Assembly: GCF_018350175.1 (NCBI RefSeq)
Contig: NC_058382.1
Span: forward strand, 15,438,001 to 15,502,000
Origin: Felis catus
Lineage: Eukaryota
Reading direction: 5' to 3'
DNA length: 64,000 bases
Made by a program: the position numbers and the translations under genes. Positions 1 to 13,640 of this stretch are shown one piece after another. The notes below the pieces were generated by a model. It had not been told where the DNA came from, did no database searches, and saw only the letters and a list, made by a program, of their open reading frames with translations. Numbering within the stretch: position 1 is the first letter of the stretch; each line of letters begins with the position of its first letter.

Positions 1-790
<790 letters not shown>

Positions 791-1699
791 TTAGAAACTT
801 CGGTTTCCTTTTTCTCATCCTCCCTCAGATGCCCTCTGCTCTTGAAGCACCCTAGACCAAGTGTTGTCCTCCCAGCTCCGCTCCAAATGCAGAAACTTGT
901 TTCCACCATTCCAACTGAGGGTTGGAATTCTGTCAGGGACTCAGGAAGCCCGGCTCACCCCCTCACACACGCACCCCCAACAGAGCGAGGCCCTCCTTCT
1001 CATCGATCACAATGCGGGAGTTGGGCCCTCACCCCTCTGGCTCCCTAGGCCTTGGAAAGGGAGCAGGTGCAATATCCCATCGTGGTTAAGAGATTGCACC
1101 CTGGGTTAGGATTAGGGTTTGCGTCCACCACTCACCACCTGTGTCTCCCTGCCAGCTTGCTTCCTAGCTGTACAAGAATAAAACTAGTCGTGAGAATGAG
1201 TCCTGTACATACATGTTTAGTAGACATCCCGGGGTACTCACTAACAACATATATTGAATATTTTGTGTGTGCTACTAAAGCATCTCAGATCCATTTTAGG
1301 GAGGAGAAACATGAGGTTCAGAGAGGATACGGCCGAGAGTATGTGTGGTGGTGCCAGGACTCAAACTCAGACCTGATCCTGAAGTCCTTGCTTTTAATCA
1401 CTTAACCTAGTACTGCTGTTAGGACCGCTTCTGTTTTTGTTGCTGTTGTTAAAATCATGACCTAATCCTGCATACTCCTGCCTACCCCAAGGCTGGGTAC
1501 TTGGGACCATTTGTTGACTTTAACAAGACATTAAAGATTGCTCCAGTTGGAACCTTGGAATCACAGCCTTGATTCCTTTCCTTTTTTTTTGTAAACTCTT
1601 TAAGTTGGTGGATTCTGTCTTCAAAATAGATCCGTTATCTTACCCACTTCTCCCTGCCTCCACTGTTCTCACGCAGATCTTGGTGCCAGTCTCCCCCTG

Positions 1700-2335
1700 G
1701 GCCATCACAGCAGCCGCCTCTCCATCTCCCTCCCACCCACTCCCCGTGTCTTCCCCGCAGGCGGCCAGGGGGAACGTGTAAACACCTGAGTCAGGTCACA
1801 TCCCTCCCATGCTTGGAGCCTTCCTGTATCTCCATCACACTCAGGGTGAACACCAAAGTCCATGCGATGGCTTGCAAGGACCCGCACAGGTCTGCCCTCA
1901 TCCCTGAAGTATCTTCCTCCTTGCTTCCTCCCCCCCCCGCCCAGAAACTCACTCCCCGCTGTCCCTCAGACTTACCAGACATGCTCCTCCCCCAGGGCTT
2001 TGCAGGGAACAGTTCCCCTTTACCTAGAATGTCCCTGCAGACGTCCGCAGGACTCCCTCACCTTCGAGGCTTTGTCCAGATGTCAGCTCCTCAGTGAGGC
2101 ATCCCTGACCACCCTGGCTAAAAATGACTGTACCCCCCTCTCCACTTTATTCTTCTCTGTAGTACACATCATTTCGAACATGTCATTTGCTGTCTCCTCC
2201 ACGATAAAGTTCAGAAGTTTCTCGTGGGAAAGGGGTTTTGTCTGTTCTGTTCACTGCTTCATCCTCAGTGCCTAGGACAGGGCCTGGCATATAATGGGTG
2301 TACAGTAAATGTACCTGAGTGACTGAATGTGTGCA
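1700..2335. mobile_element. L2 LINE fragment (approximate)
   Basis: L2-type 3' motifs (CAGGGCTTTGCA...; TCTGTTCACTGC...CAGTGCCTAGGACAGGGCCTGGCATATAA). Confidence 0.55.
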
Positions 2336-5251
2336 ACTCAGCCGGAGGGCCTGCCTGGGACTAAAGGAAGTGGAGAAAGGATGAATTGGGCAGGAGACTG
2401 GCTTGGTGTTCAGGAAGGTAATGGATGGGGTGTATCAATGCAAATAAAGGACACAGGCTGAGACTTTGTCACAGACGTTTCTTGGAGCGAATATTTCATG
2501 CCCCCTCCCCAATGACAAGGCTGGGTCTTTGGCCCCCATCCTCCCCCACCACTGCAGCCTGCACTGATAACAATATTGAGGTCACAGACTGGCTTGGAAT
2601 CGAGATCAGGAAGATAAATGTCGGGGTGCCTCCCCCAAATCTGGGGGCCAAGCATCCAATCTGAGGGGCAGGCAGCTGGGAAATTGGGCCTGGGGGCTCC
2701 AGGGTCTGAGGTCTTCCTGGCTCCCAGGGTCAGCCCTCCACGCACCCCTGATTTGGGGGTGATGAAGAGGAATCATGGATCAGAGGTGGGTATCAGCAGG
2801 GAGCAGGACCGGGAGACCTGGGAGAGGCGGTGCTGGGAGGTGGGGGCCGGGGGAACCTTCCCCGGCTCCCACCGCTTCATCCGCAGATCCCACAGCACCT
2901 TACAGCACTCTGGTCCCCGTCCCACCCCTCCCCAAAACGAGGTAGGTTAAGAATGGAGCTTCCCCCCGCCCACCACGGAAGGGAGGAGACCGAGGCACAG
3001 AGAGGGGGATGGGGACCCAGGCTGCCCCAGCCCCCGGTCCCTCCGCCCTCAGCTCTGGTGGGTCTGACAGTGATGAGAGCTGGGCAGAGTGGGGATGGGA
3101 GGGACATCCCCCTATTCTCTCACCCATCCCAGGGTCTGGTTGGGAGAGCTGAATCTCACAGGTTCCGGATGTAATAAATAGTTAAGAATTTAAAGGAAGT
3201 GACAGAAGGATCTAGCCCTCTGACCCCCTTGACCTATCCCTTGAACTCCTACAAGGTCATCCAAGTCTGGGTAATGAAGAAAGGTAAGTGCACATTTCCA
3301 GATGCTTGGGACCAGATGCAGGTCCCAAGCCCGCAGAGCATTGAGATTGTCTTGCTCCAAGATCTTGATCCTCCCATTCAGGCCATCAGATCTGAGGTAC
3401 CCTGGAAGTCCCATCCCACTCTGGAGAGAGACTGTGACATCCCCCTTGCCCAGAAGAGGGATCACAGAGGGCCACGAGATAGGCTGTCAAACTTCGCAAA
3501 GCAATCCCCAACTCTGAGATGGAAGGGAAGGGGTTAACAGGGCAGAACAGAAGAAGTTTGGACTAGGACTTGGGCTCAAGGTCGGGCTTGGGGCTGAGTG
3601 CAAGGGGTGTGCATGTGTGTCTGTGTGTAGATCCATAGCTAGCCTAAAAAGTGACTTCGTGCACAGTGTAGCCAGCAGAGTGCAGTGTGAACTCCAGCCA
3701 CACCCCCACCTTGACTGTGTGGCTTTGATTAGTGAACAGCTTGCACAATCATCTACGGCAATGCTAGGTCCTAAAGATGGGAGTGGGGGAGCTCTGGGGT
3801 AGTTCTGGAATTCAGAAACATGAGCTCAAAATGTTTGTTTTTTACCCTAGTAAAAGGGTAGTTCTGTAAGATGCTGGGGGCTTGGGCTGGGATCCTTAGG
3901 ACTTGAATTCAGAGGTCTGGGACCTTGGGGTTTCAGGGGCTTATAGACATCAGGATTCAAGGGCAGCAGGTCTTGGGGAATATCAGGCTTAAGAGGCTTG
4001 AGTCCAAAGAAATCTGGGATCTGAAGGTGCTATGGCCCTGGGGCACTTCAGTTCTGTCTCTGGTATGGAGGGACCAAGGTCTTGAGCAGGGACAATCCCA
4101 ATGTTGTGTAGGCTTGAGCCCTGAATTTGGGGTATCAATGGCACCTTGGGGTCTTGGGACCAGTGCTCCCAAAGCACCTTGGGGTCGCTCAGGGGCTGGG
4201 GGCCAAGGGGTCAGAGGTCTGGGTTGCCATGAACATCCCATCTTCTGGGAGCTGGGCTTCCAGCCTTTAGGGAATTGAGGATCTGTGGATACAAAGCAGC
4301 CAAAGATTCCAGACTATTATGGGGCTTGAAATCCAAGTCTAATGGGTTTTGAAAAAGGGTTATCCGAGGACTTGGGACCAGTGTCTTGGGCCCCAAGGTG
4401 TTGGTGGCCTTCAGTACTACATAGGGGAGTACGAGGCACATCAGAGTCCCATATAGGAGATCCAAAGCTCCTTGGAACACTGCCTTGGGGTGGGTGGGTC
4501 TACAGAGGTCTTTGGTCCTTGGCTCCCAGAGCATCTTGGAGTCTGACATCTGGATCTTGGTTGGGGGGAATGGGAGAGACTCTGAGATGGGTCTCCCAAG
4601 TCATCTTGGTCAGAGAACATCTGTTTGGGCATATCGAACGACTCAGGGCATTGTAAGAGAGTTTGGTGTCTCAGGGGTCCTGGAGGCTACAAGAACATCT
4701 CAGATATGGGTGCCCCAAGTTTTCGGTGACCATCTGGGGTGAATCTGGGTTCTATGGTCTCAAGATCTGGGAGGAATCGTATACAGGCAGGGTCGGGTAT
4801 TGGTAACTCCTGACTAACTCCGGGGCTGTAATCTGAGGGTTCATGGCGTCAGGCATGATAGGGTCTGGGTTGGTTATTTGAACAGGGAGTTGGGGTTCAG
4901 GGCCCTGCATCTCTCAGGGATACAGATGCTCCCCAGCCTGCCCGAGGTGTAGAGTCTGGGGGATGCCTGGAGTCTCCTCAGTCTAGGTCAGGGAGGGGAT
5001 GGTGGCAGGATGGGGACACCAGAACTCAGGATGCCTGGGACCTCTTGGACAGACATCCCAATGAAGCTGGGTCTGGGGTCTCTCAGTCCTAGATTTGGGG
5101 TCCAGGTTCCAGGTCTGGGGTCTCTCAATCCAAACTCAAGCTCCAAGTTCCGGGTGTGCCTAGGTTTGGGTTTGGGGTCCGAACAGAGTCCAGGGTCCTG
5201 GACCCTCAATTTTGGGTCCTCGGTGCAGCTACTGGACCCACCAGGCCGTCC

Positions 5252-5917
5252 TCACCGCGCCGCCTCCTCGTGGCGACCCCCGCAGCCAGCGCAGCCACAT
5301 CGTGCCGCGACCCAGTGGCATGCGCGCAGGGGCGCATAGCAGCAGAGGCAGGGCACCGCCNNNNNNNNNNNNNNNNNNNNNNNNNNNNNNNNNNNNNNNN
5401 NNNNNNNNNNNNNNNNNNNNNNNNNNNNNNNNNNNNNNNNNNNNNNNNNNNNNNNNNNNNNNNNNNNNNNNNNNNNNNNNNNNNNNNNNNNNNNNNNNNN
5501 NNNNNNNNCCAGCAGGCGACCCGGGTCCGGGGCCTCCGCGCAGCGGCCACCACGCCCGTCAGCTCGGCGGCGGAAGAGCGCACGGCAGTGCACGCAGCGC
5601 GCCGCCTCCTCTGCCTCCGGGGAGGCCTTGGCCGGCGCAGGGGCAGGGCCGGGGCCGGGTGGTGGGCGAGCCGGGGGCGCTGGGGGCGCAGCCTCGGCGA
5701 GAGGGGCGGGTAGCGCGGTGGGAGGCCCCAGGGCTGCACCCCTCAACGCGCCGGTCTTGGCGAAGCGCACGACGCAGGTGGACAGGGCGAGGGGTGCGGG
5801 CGGCCCAGCGCGCCGGTAATCCTCATAGCCACGGCCGCCCCAGCCCGGGCCCCCTACCCCGGCCAGGGGCTCTGAGGGCTCCGGAATCCCCGTGAACGGT
5901 AGGAGCGGAGGGTAGCT
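5252..5917 (-). CDS. SPRED3: SPRED3 last coding exon (SPR domain), CpG-rich
   Basis: SYPPLLPFTG...GGRHEEAAR*. Confidence 0.94.
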   Translation of the reverse strand, partial: SYPPLLPFTGIPEPSEPLAGVGGPGWGGRGYEDYRRAGPPAPLALSTCVVRFAKTGALRGAALGPPTALPAPLAEAAPPAPPARPPPGPGPAPAPAKASPEAEEAARCVHCRALFRRRADGRGGRCAEAPDPGRLLXXXXXXXXXXXXXXXXXXXXXXXXXXXXXXXXXXXXXXXXXXXXXXXXXXAVPCLCCYAPLRACHWVAARCGCAGCGGRHEEAAR

Positions 5918-8900
5918 CTGCGGGACGAAGGGACAGGAGAACAGGTTAGCAGGGTCTGTGACCCCCACACTCCACCACAATCCATCCCAGTCGCAGAAGA
6001 CTTGAGAATCCAAAGACCCCCGCCTCAGGCCTCATTCATCCTAGGAGGCTGTCCTGGGATCCTGAGTGTGTGGGTCCGGCACTCAGACTTCCAAGCCCTC
6101 AGCCCACTCCTCTCACAGGGGACAGAGGATATCAAAGAACAGACCAAAGGCACCAAGCCCGCACCTTAAGGACCCAGTGGTCCAGGCTCCCAGGCCTGTC
6201 CTTTCTCAAGACTCAGGAAGTCCCAGCTCCCAGGTCTGGGAGCTCTGGACCCCCAGCCATCTCCTCCTTCAGGACGCAGGAATCTGGTCCCCAGGGAGCT
6301 TTAACCTCCTTGGATACCATGGCCCTCCTAACAAATTAAGCAGTCTAAAGAACTCCTTCCATGAGTCCAAAAAACTCCCTCATATACTCGAAGAATTGTC
6401 CCAGCCGTCCCCCAAACCCTTGAGTTCAGAACTCAGAACTTTCCAAAATCTTCAAGAGCGCAGGAGACACGGGAAGCCCTCACCCAACAACCCTCGGAAG
6501 GACCGAAGTCTCCAAGCACCCTCCCACCACGACTGCCATCAATTCAAGTCAGCCGGCCCCCAGGATCTGTTTGTGGCTTTCTTGCCCTTCTGGGGGTCTC
6601 AGCTCCCGCCTACCTCGGGGCCCAGCACCCTGCCCCACTTCACCCGGAGCCCCAGACTTCTGCTGGAGGTCAGAGGTCGCACCTGAGCGGAGGAGCGCCG
6701 GCGCTGGGGGGACGTGGCCGGCCCGAAGCCAGAAGCTGACTCCACAGTGATGATAGTGGCCGCCGCGGCGGTGGGAGGCGTCTCCTGGTGGCTGTGACTG
6801 GAGGAGGACTCGCTGTCCACATGGGACTGGAGGAGATTGGCGGCCTCAGAGCCGAACCCCCGGCACAGCCGATGCCCTCACATAGACCCCCTCCCGTGGC
6901 GAGCGAGGGCTCTGCGGCCAGACAGGCCTCGGTTCAAGCCCCGGCTCTGCCACTGACTGGTTGTGTGACCTCCGGCAAGTGAGCTCATCTCTTTGAGCCT
7001 CAGTTTCCTTCTCTGCAAAATGGGGATCATAATAGTGTCTATTCATAAGGATGTGGTTAGGGCCCACCGTAAAGGGCATGAGGATGCCTGAAGTATGGGG
7101 AGACTGGAAACGGTTATTGTTATTTGACCCCCTCTTCTTATCTGCTCAGCTCACCAACCTACAGAACATCAAAATATCCTCCCTTCCCAGAAGCCCTCTC
7201 CCTTGGCCAGCCAGCCACCTTCCTGCCTCATTCCCACCACCACACCTTTACGGGGGCAGCTTCACCCACCAGGAATGCTCTCCTTCCTCACCCAAACCAA
7301 CCGTCCCTTACAAACGGAAACGTCTCTTGTCAGACCTCGGACTCTTTTCTGTAGCTTGGGGATCATTCTGACTTCATCCATTACTAGCTTCAGTAAACAT
7401 TCATTGAGCACCCATGACATGCCAGGCTCACAAAGGCCACTGTGAGGACGTAAGACGGAGCGTGGAAAGTACAGCGTAACTCTCAGAGAGCGGAAAGTAC
7501 AGTGAGCACTCAGTACGTGGGAACTGTCTGCGTGGTTTGGGTAGCCCCACCCACATCTTCCCCTGACCCTGGGACTCCGGCTTTTCTGCCCCGGGAACCA
7601 GTTTTGTTCTCCTAAGTCTCAGCAACTCCCACTGTTCCCAGCAAATGCCAAATCGCGTCTGACATTATGTGCATTTATTCATTCAATAAATTTATTCGAC
7701 ACATATTTACTGAACACTTACTGTATACCAGGCACTGTTTTAGGCATTGGAGATGCAGCAAGAAAGCAACAAAAGATCTTTGCCTCCTGGAGCTGGCATT
7801 CTAGCACAGGAGACAGGCAATACGCTAACAGGTAAGAAAATTGTCTATTTAGAAAAGAAATAGGGGGAATATCTAGAAGATGGGGAAAAAATTAGAACAG
7901 GATAAGGAGCATTGGAAGACGCGATTTTTAAACAGCTTACTCAGGAAAGGCGATATGTGTATAAAACCCTGAAGGGAATAAGGGGACGAGCCATGTGGAA
8001 ATTTGGGGAAGAGTATTCCAAGACAGAAGGAACAGCGGTGCAAAGACCTCGAGACAGGAACGTGTCTGCTCTGTAGGAGTAACAGTGAGGGGGCCAGTGT
8101 GGCTGGAACAGAGTGAGCAAAACGGAGGATAGGAGGCCGGACACTATGGGATCTTATATGCTTTGTCCTTTACCCTGAGTGAGATGGAGCCCTGGAAGGG
8201 GTCTGAGCAGAGGAATGGCCATGATCTGACTCAGATATCAATAGCGTCTCTCTGGCCGTGTGGGGGGAACTTCCAGGCAGTAGGGAAGAGGAGGGGGGGC
8301 AGTTGGCAATAGGAAGCTGGTGGGAAGGCTGCAGCTGGAGGGTGAGGCTGGACATTCAAATTCTAATCATTTTGAAAGGGAGGCCAATATTTGATGACAG
8401 ATTGGATGAGGGGCATAAAAAAGGAGAAAAGTCAGGGATGAGCTCAAGGATTATACCCTGAATAACTAGAAGGCTGGACTTGTCATTAATTTGTTCACTG
8501 TAAAAGATAGTTTATCTTAAAAAAAAAAAAAAGTTTCTGTCTTGGGGCGCCTGGGTGTCTCAGTCGGTGGAGCATTTGACTTTTTATTTCGGTTCGGGTC
8601 ATGATCCCAGGGTCATGAGATTGAGTCCCGCGTGGGGCTCTGCACTGAGTGTGGGGCCTGCTCAAGATTCTCTCTCTTTCTCCCTCTGCCCCTCTCCCCC
8701 GCTCACGCGTGTACGCTCTCTCTCTCTCTCTCTCTCTCACTCGCTCTAAAGTAAATTTTAAAAAAAAATTTCTGCCTTTCCACAGTAGAATAGAAGCTCC
8801 ATGAGGAAAGGGACTTTGTTTTGTTCACTGATGTATCCCCAGTGCCTAAAACACTACTTACTGAAGGTGCTCAATAAATACCCTTGAATGAATGTGTGAC

Positions 8901-10695
8901 CCACGACAGAATGGGAAAACAAGGATAGCTGGCATTAAGTTGACACTAACAGTCCGGGCCCAGATTTGTGTCCCCTGCATGTGGCATGGTGCCTGATATA
9001 CAGAGATGCTCAAGAATGTTTGTAGGATAGAGACAGCCCCCCCGGCACCCCCAGCAGAGCCGTGTCCTGGAGGAGACTCACCGTCAGAGGGCAGGGAGTC
9101 TCTGCGGTGTCCTGGGAAGGGGAGGAGGAAGAGGAGGAGGAAGAGGGGGTGAGCGAGCCTGGGGCAAGGAGAGAGGCAGACAGTGAGCTCCCCAGGCCAG
9201 GCTCCAGATTCTCCCACCCCTCCACCCCATCCTCCAGTACCACGGCCTGCACCGCTCACCTCGCCCCAGTGCAGCCAGTGCAGCCAGCAGGCTCTTCTGG
9301 AACTCGTCCGCTTCTGCGGGACTCTGAAACGTCAGCCCAAACTTGCAGTCGCCCAGGCTCCAGTGATGGAAGATGGGGTTCACCTTGTTGTAAACCAAGC
9401 CTGGCCTCAGGGTACACTCCAAGGTGGTCTGAGGGGGCAGGGAGGGGGCAGGTCAGACACCCCCTTCCAGACATGCCTGTGTCTTCCTCTTAACCCTCAG
9501 TCTATCTGCATACCTAAGCATCCCACAAACTTCGTTTCTCAACCCTAGGTGTACCCTTGAACCCTGATCGACACCCCAACACCACTCCCCAATTTTATTG
9601 AGCACACCTCTGATGCTCCAATATTTCCCCCAAGCCCTTGGTCTCCACATTTTCCTTTTCCTAGTAGCCCCTTCTGATAACCCAACATCCCTCCTTCTGA
9701 CTCAATAACACCCCCCCAAACATTGCTGAACATCTCAAGGTATTACTATTAATCTCCTTCTGATGCCCTAATAATCTCCCAAAACACTACCCCCAAATTC
9801 TTATCAAACTCCCATAGATTTCCCCCTCAGATGCTGGTCAAAGCCCTAGATGTTTCCTCATATCCTGGCCCAACGTCACTGTATTCCTTCACACCATTTC
9901 AAATCCCCCTACGTTGTTCCTTCTGACCTCGGCTCTGAGATGCAACCCATCCCCCAAGCCTTTTCAAACCATCCACGTCTTTCTGCCACATCCCCAGCTG
10001 AAACTTTGACAGTGTCCTTCCAGCTCATGCCAGACAGCCCAGGATACTCCTGCTGAACCCACATATAGGACTGGAAACCCTATTTGACGCTTCCAGATGG
10101 TTCCCCACCAGATGCCTCCATATACTTAGAGCAGACAGGGGCCAGTGGTGTAGGGCCTCCTGGCAAGGATCTCTGAGCAAGATGGAGCCACAGGAGGGTT
10201 CTGAGTCAGGGGTCAGCAGGGCCCCTGTGGAACAGACTGCGTGCGGTTGAGGGAGGGAGCAGGAGCAGGGCAAGGCCAGTGAGGAGGCTGCTGTGATAGC
10301 CCTCCAGGCAACGGCAGTGGACAGGACCTGCCGAATACCCCAGATATTCCCCAAACTCCCAGTTCTTATCCAAAGACAGGTATTCACTTCCAAACCACAT
10401 CCCACACCCCAGGTTGATTCTGGGCTGGGAGACGACCTCACCTCACCTCTGCACTCCCAGCCCCATCCCCTTACTTCCCCATGCCCCCACCCTACCCCCA
10501 CGCCCCGGGGTGGCTCACTTTCTGGTCNNNNNNNNNNNNNNNNNNNNNNNNNNNNNNNNNNNNNNNNNNNNNNNNNNNNNNNNNNNNNNNNNNNNNNNNN
10601 NNNNNNNNNNNNNNNNNNNNNNNNNNNNNNNNNNNNNNNNNNNNNNNNNNNNNNNNNNNNNNNNNNNNNNNNNNNNNNNNNNNNNNNNNNNCCAT
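5252..10695 (-). CDS. SPRED3: Sprouty-related EVH1 domain-containing protein 3; join(10519-10695, 9260-9428, 9082-9158, 6683-6826, 5252-5917), 1233 nt, 410 aa
   Basis: EVH1 segment TTLECTLRPGLVYNKVNPIFHHWSLGDCKFGLTFQSPAEADEF; Cys-rich SPR tail RCVHCRALF...AVPCLCCYAPLRACHW; all introns GT-AG and in phase; two N gaps inside coding exons. Confidence 0.95.
6683..6826 (-). CDS. SPRED3: SPRED3 exon
   Basis: SHVDSESSSSHS...RRRSSAQ. Confidence 0.92.
7670..8495. mobile_element. L2 LINE fragment (approximate)
   Basis: ATTCATTCAATAAAT...TACTGAACACTTACTGTATACCAGGCACTG terminus followed by L2-like body. Confidence 0.6.
8544..8768 (+). mobile_element. CanSINE
   Basis: GGGGCGCCTGGGTG head, tRNA-derived body, (CT)n tract, A tail. 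Confidence 0.9.
9082..9158 (-). CDS. SPRED3: SPRED3 exon
   Basis: GSLTPSSSSSSSSPSQDTAETPCPLT. Confidence 0.92.
9260..9428 (-). CDS. SPRED3: SPRED3 exon (EVH1)
   Basis: TTLECTL...AALAALGR; AG/GT flanks. Confidence 0.93.
10519..10695 (-). CDS. SPRED3: SPRED3 first ATG-containing exon (mostly N)
   Basis: CAG|GTAC ATG G...N...GAC CAG AAA|GTGAG; 59 codons. Confidence 0.85.
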
Positions 10696-12049
10696 GTACC
10701 TGCGGGAGGTGGGGAGACAGGGACAAAGTCAGTGAGCTCCGATCCTGCTCTGCCATTCAGCGTTCGCCCCAAGCCTCATCTCCCTCTTCTTCCCTCACAT
10801 CTGGATCCACTGCACCGTCAGGCCCCGATTCTCACCTTCCCTTGCATACCTGCCTCTCCCCCCACCCCCCATGCCCACCTTCTTCCAGCATGGCTTCTTC
10901 CTTCGTCATGCCACCTCTTTTCTCCCATGCTTACCTTCTCCGTATCCACCTTTTCTCTCCGCACCCACCTTCGTCCCTTTCCCCATCGTTCCCATCCTGA
11001 CCCCCACAGCCCCAGTTTTCCACTTCCCTTCCCCCTCCCTGCTCTTCCCCTATCAACCCAGTCTCCTTCTCATCCCTCAGCACATTCCCACAGCCCCACC
11101 CATCATTCCCCCTCACAGCTGGGTGCCTGCGCATATGTATTTTCTTAGAGCCCATCAACTCAGCTCCAGATCCCCCTACACTGCCTCCACACTCGGCCGC
11201 CCAGGCCACTGGCTGGGTGAGAAACCCAGGCTCTCTTCCCCCCACCCCTTCCCGGATTTATGAATGAGACCGGATGCAAAGCTCACTGAGTCACCCAGCA
11301 ACGGGAGATGGGCAGGGAGCAGGGAGAGAACCAGAAATGGCCAGAGAGAGGCCGAAAGGGAGATGGAGGCAGAGGAAGCCAGAAACGGACGACCGAGACA
11401 CAACCAGAGTGCATTTCATTCACAAAAATCAAGCCTGCTCCCTCAGGTCCCAGCCCATGGAAGGCAAGGGAGAGAGACTGAGGGGAGGTGGAGAATTGAT
11501 CCCTCCTCCTCCCCCTCCCCGCCCCAGCATCCTTCAGAACCATCTTACCCCGCCCCCCAGCTCAGGGGACGTAGCCCTCCGCCCAGTAATCGTGATCAGC
11601 GTCCAGCCCCTCACTACCACCTAGCGCAGGGACCCTGGCGTCTGAACCTTAGGGACCCAGGCAGCGAGCTCTAGCCCCTTCCCCCACCTGCAGGCTGCCG
11701 GTTTTCCCCAGCCCTTCGGGAGGGTAAGGGGCGGTCGCAGCGCCCCCAGCCCCCTTTTCTCAATGGGATGGGATTTTGTGAATGAGCAGTCACGTGATGC
11801 TGCTTCCTTTGTCCGCCCGCCTCCCCCGACAACAGGTGAAGCAGAGAAAGAGGGCAGGGGTCCCCCAGGGCCTAGCTGGGATGGGACGCGGGGATTTCTG
11901 AATGCCCTACGCTCCCCACACATCTGTTTCCCTGGGGGAGTGGTCCCCAGAGTTCCTCAATGGTAGGGGTCCAGTTCGGAATTTTATGAATGGGGCGTCT
12001 TCGGAGAAGTCCAGGCCCCCAAATGGAGACTGATACCCCAAATGGCTGC

Positions 12050-13600
12050 CGCGCAGTTTAGGGGCCCCCAACCCCTTGTCCTTCCAGCCTCGGTCTGGGG
12101 GGCGCCCCGGTGGGCAGGAGGAGCAGCGCGGTCCTGGCCGCCCCCTCACCGGGACAGGCAGTCTGTCAGCCCCCGCCCCCTCGCCCCCCTTGGCACCTGC
12201 CTGGGAGGCTCCGGCCGGGCTCCGAGCGGCGGCGACTTGGCCTCCTCCTCCTCCTCCTCCTCCTGTTCGCTCCGGCTCCCTCGCTGGCTCCGGCGGCGCT
12301 AGAGACGGGCACCGGGAGCCGGGGCGACGGGGGAGGGAGGGGGAACCTGGAAGATGGGTGAGGGGGAGGGGGCGGCTTGGGGGAGGGGTAAGCGCGAGGC
12401 GGGCGTACTTGCCCGCTGGGTCCTAGAGCCCGCCACTGGCTCCAGCGAACAGCCCCCCAGCCCCCATTTTCTCGGGATCCAGAGAAGATCACCCCACTTT
12501 CCCACTCATCCACGCCATTGATCCCTGAGGATGGGGGGAAGGGTCCGGGACATGGCCTGTTCTCAGGGTTCTAAAAAGGTGAGGGTCTGCTCTTTGGGTT
12601 CTAAATGGGAGGGGCTGACTACCTGGTAGGGATCGAAAAGGGGTGGGGCGAGAAGGGAGCCTTCGCAAGGGGGCGGGGCCAGAGGGCCTTGGGAAGGAGA
12701 GTCGTTGAGGACGCCGAGGGCGCGGACAAGCACTTGCGTCATGGAAGGGGCGGGTCCACGGTGGTTGAGCCTTCTAGGCAGGCCTGAGGGAGGAGAGGGT
12801 CTTGGGAAGAGATGCGGGGGGGTCCTTAAAGGGCGGAGTTTAGAAGTAAATTGCCTTATGGGCGGAGCACATGAGAGCCTAAAGGGAGGAGCTACGTAGC
12901 GGTGTCCGTAACGGGCGGGGCTTCGAGGGAGGGAATAACGAAGAGGGGCGGAGCATTTATAAAGGGGAGGAGCTAAGGACAACGTTCTAAAGGGGTGGGG
13001 CCTAGGGCCACAAGGTCTGGGGGCGGGGAGGAAGACAGCGGAATATTTCAAAGGGAGATCCAGGTTCGTCAGGGGCCGGCCCCTTGCTGGCTCACAGGGG
13101 GGCGGGGCCTCGAGCCCGGGGGCGGGGCCTAGATCTCGGGGTCCGCCCCCGCTGTCTCGCCCACTTGCCATCACCCGCTTCACCCCCGTTCTTTTCGGTT
13201 ACTTTCTGCTACGGCCGTTCCCCACCCTGCCCTGGGCCCAGGGGGCCGCGGTCTGAACTTTGGTCGGCTGGAGGAGTGGGTGAGTGGGAACCTCTGGGCG
13301 AAGACGGGGCCAGGGCGGAGCTTGGGGAAGGGGTGGGGCCTGAGTGTTGCAGGAGGCGGGTAGACCAGGAGCCGGAAAAGTTTAAGAGTGAGACCCGAAG
13401 ATCTGCCGCTGCCTGGGAAGAGGGAGAGACTCAAATGATCGTCACAGAGAGAGGGATCGGAGGGTTAGAGGTGAGGACTGAAGGGTTAGTAAGACAAGAA
13501 TACCGCGGAGGCGAGGCCAGGCCGGGGCGGGGTTGATGAGGCCCGATACACAATCGGGGGCGGGACCGGAGAGCATGGGCGGGGCTTGGGTCTTCAGAGC
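12050..13600. promoter_or_regulatory. CpG island; divergent SPRED3/GGN promoter region
   Basis: CpG-rich, many GC boxes, lies between head-to-head genes. Confidence 0.75.
12150..12345 (-). other. SPRED3: Putative SPRED3 first exon (5' boundary uncertain)
   Basis: Strong donor CCG|GTGAGG at 12150/12149 within a CpG island upstream of the ATG exon. Confidence 0.6.
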
Positions 13601-13640
13601 CAGGTTTGAAGGCCTGGAGAGAAGCTTGAACTCCTTGCAG

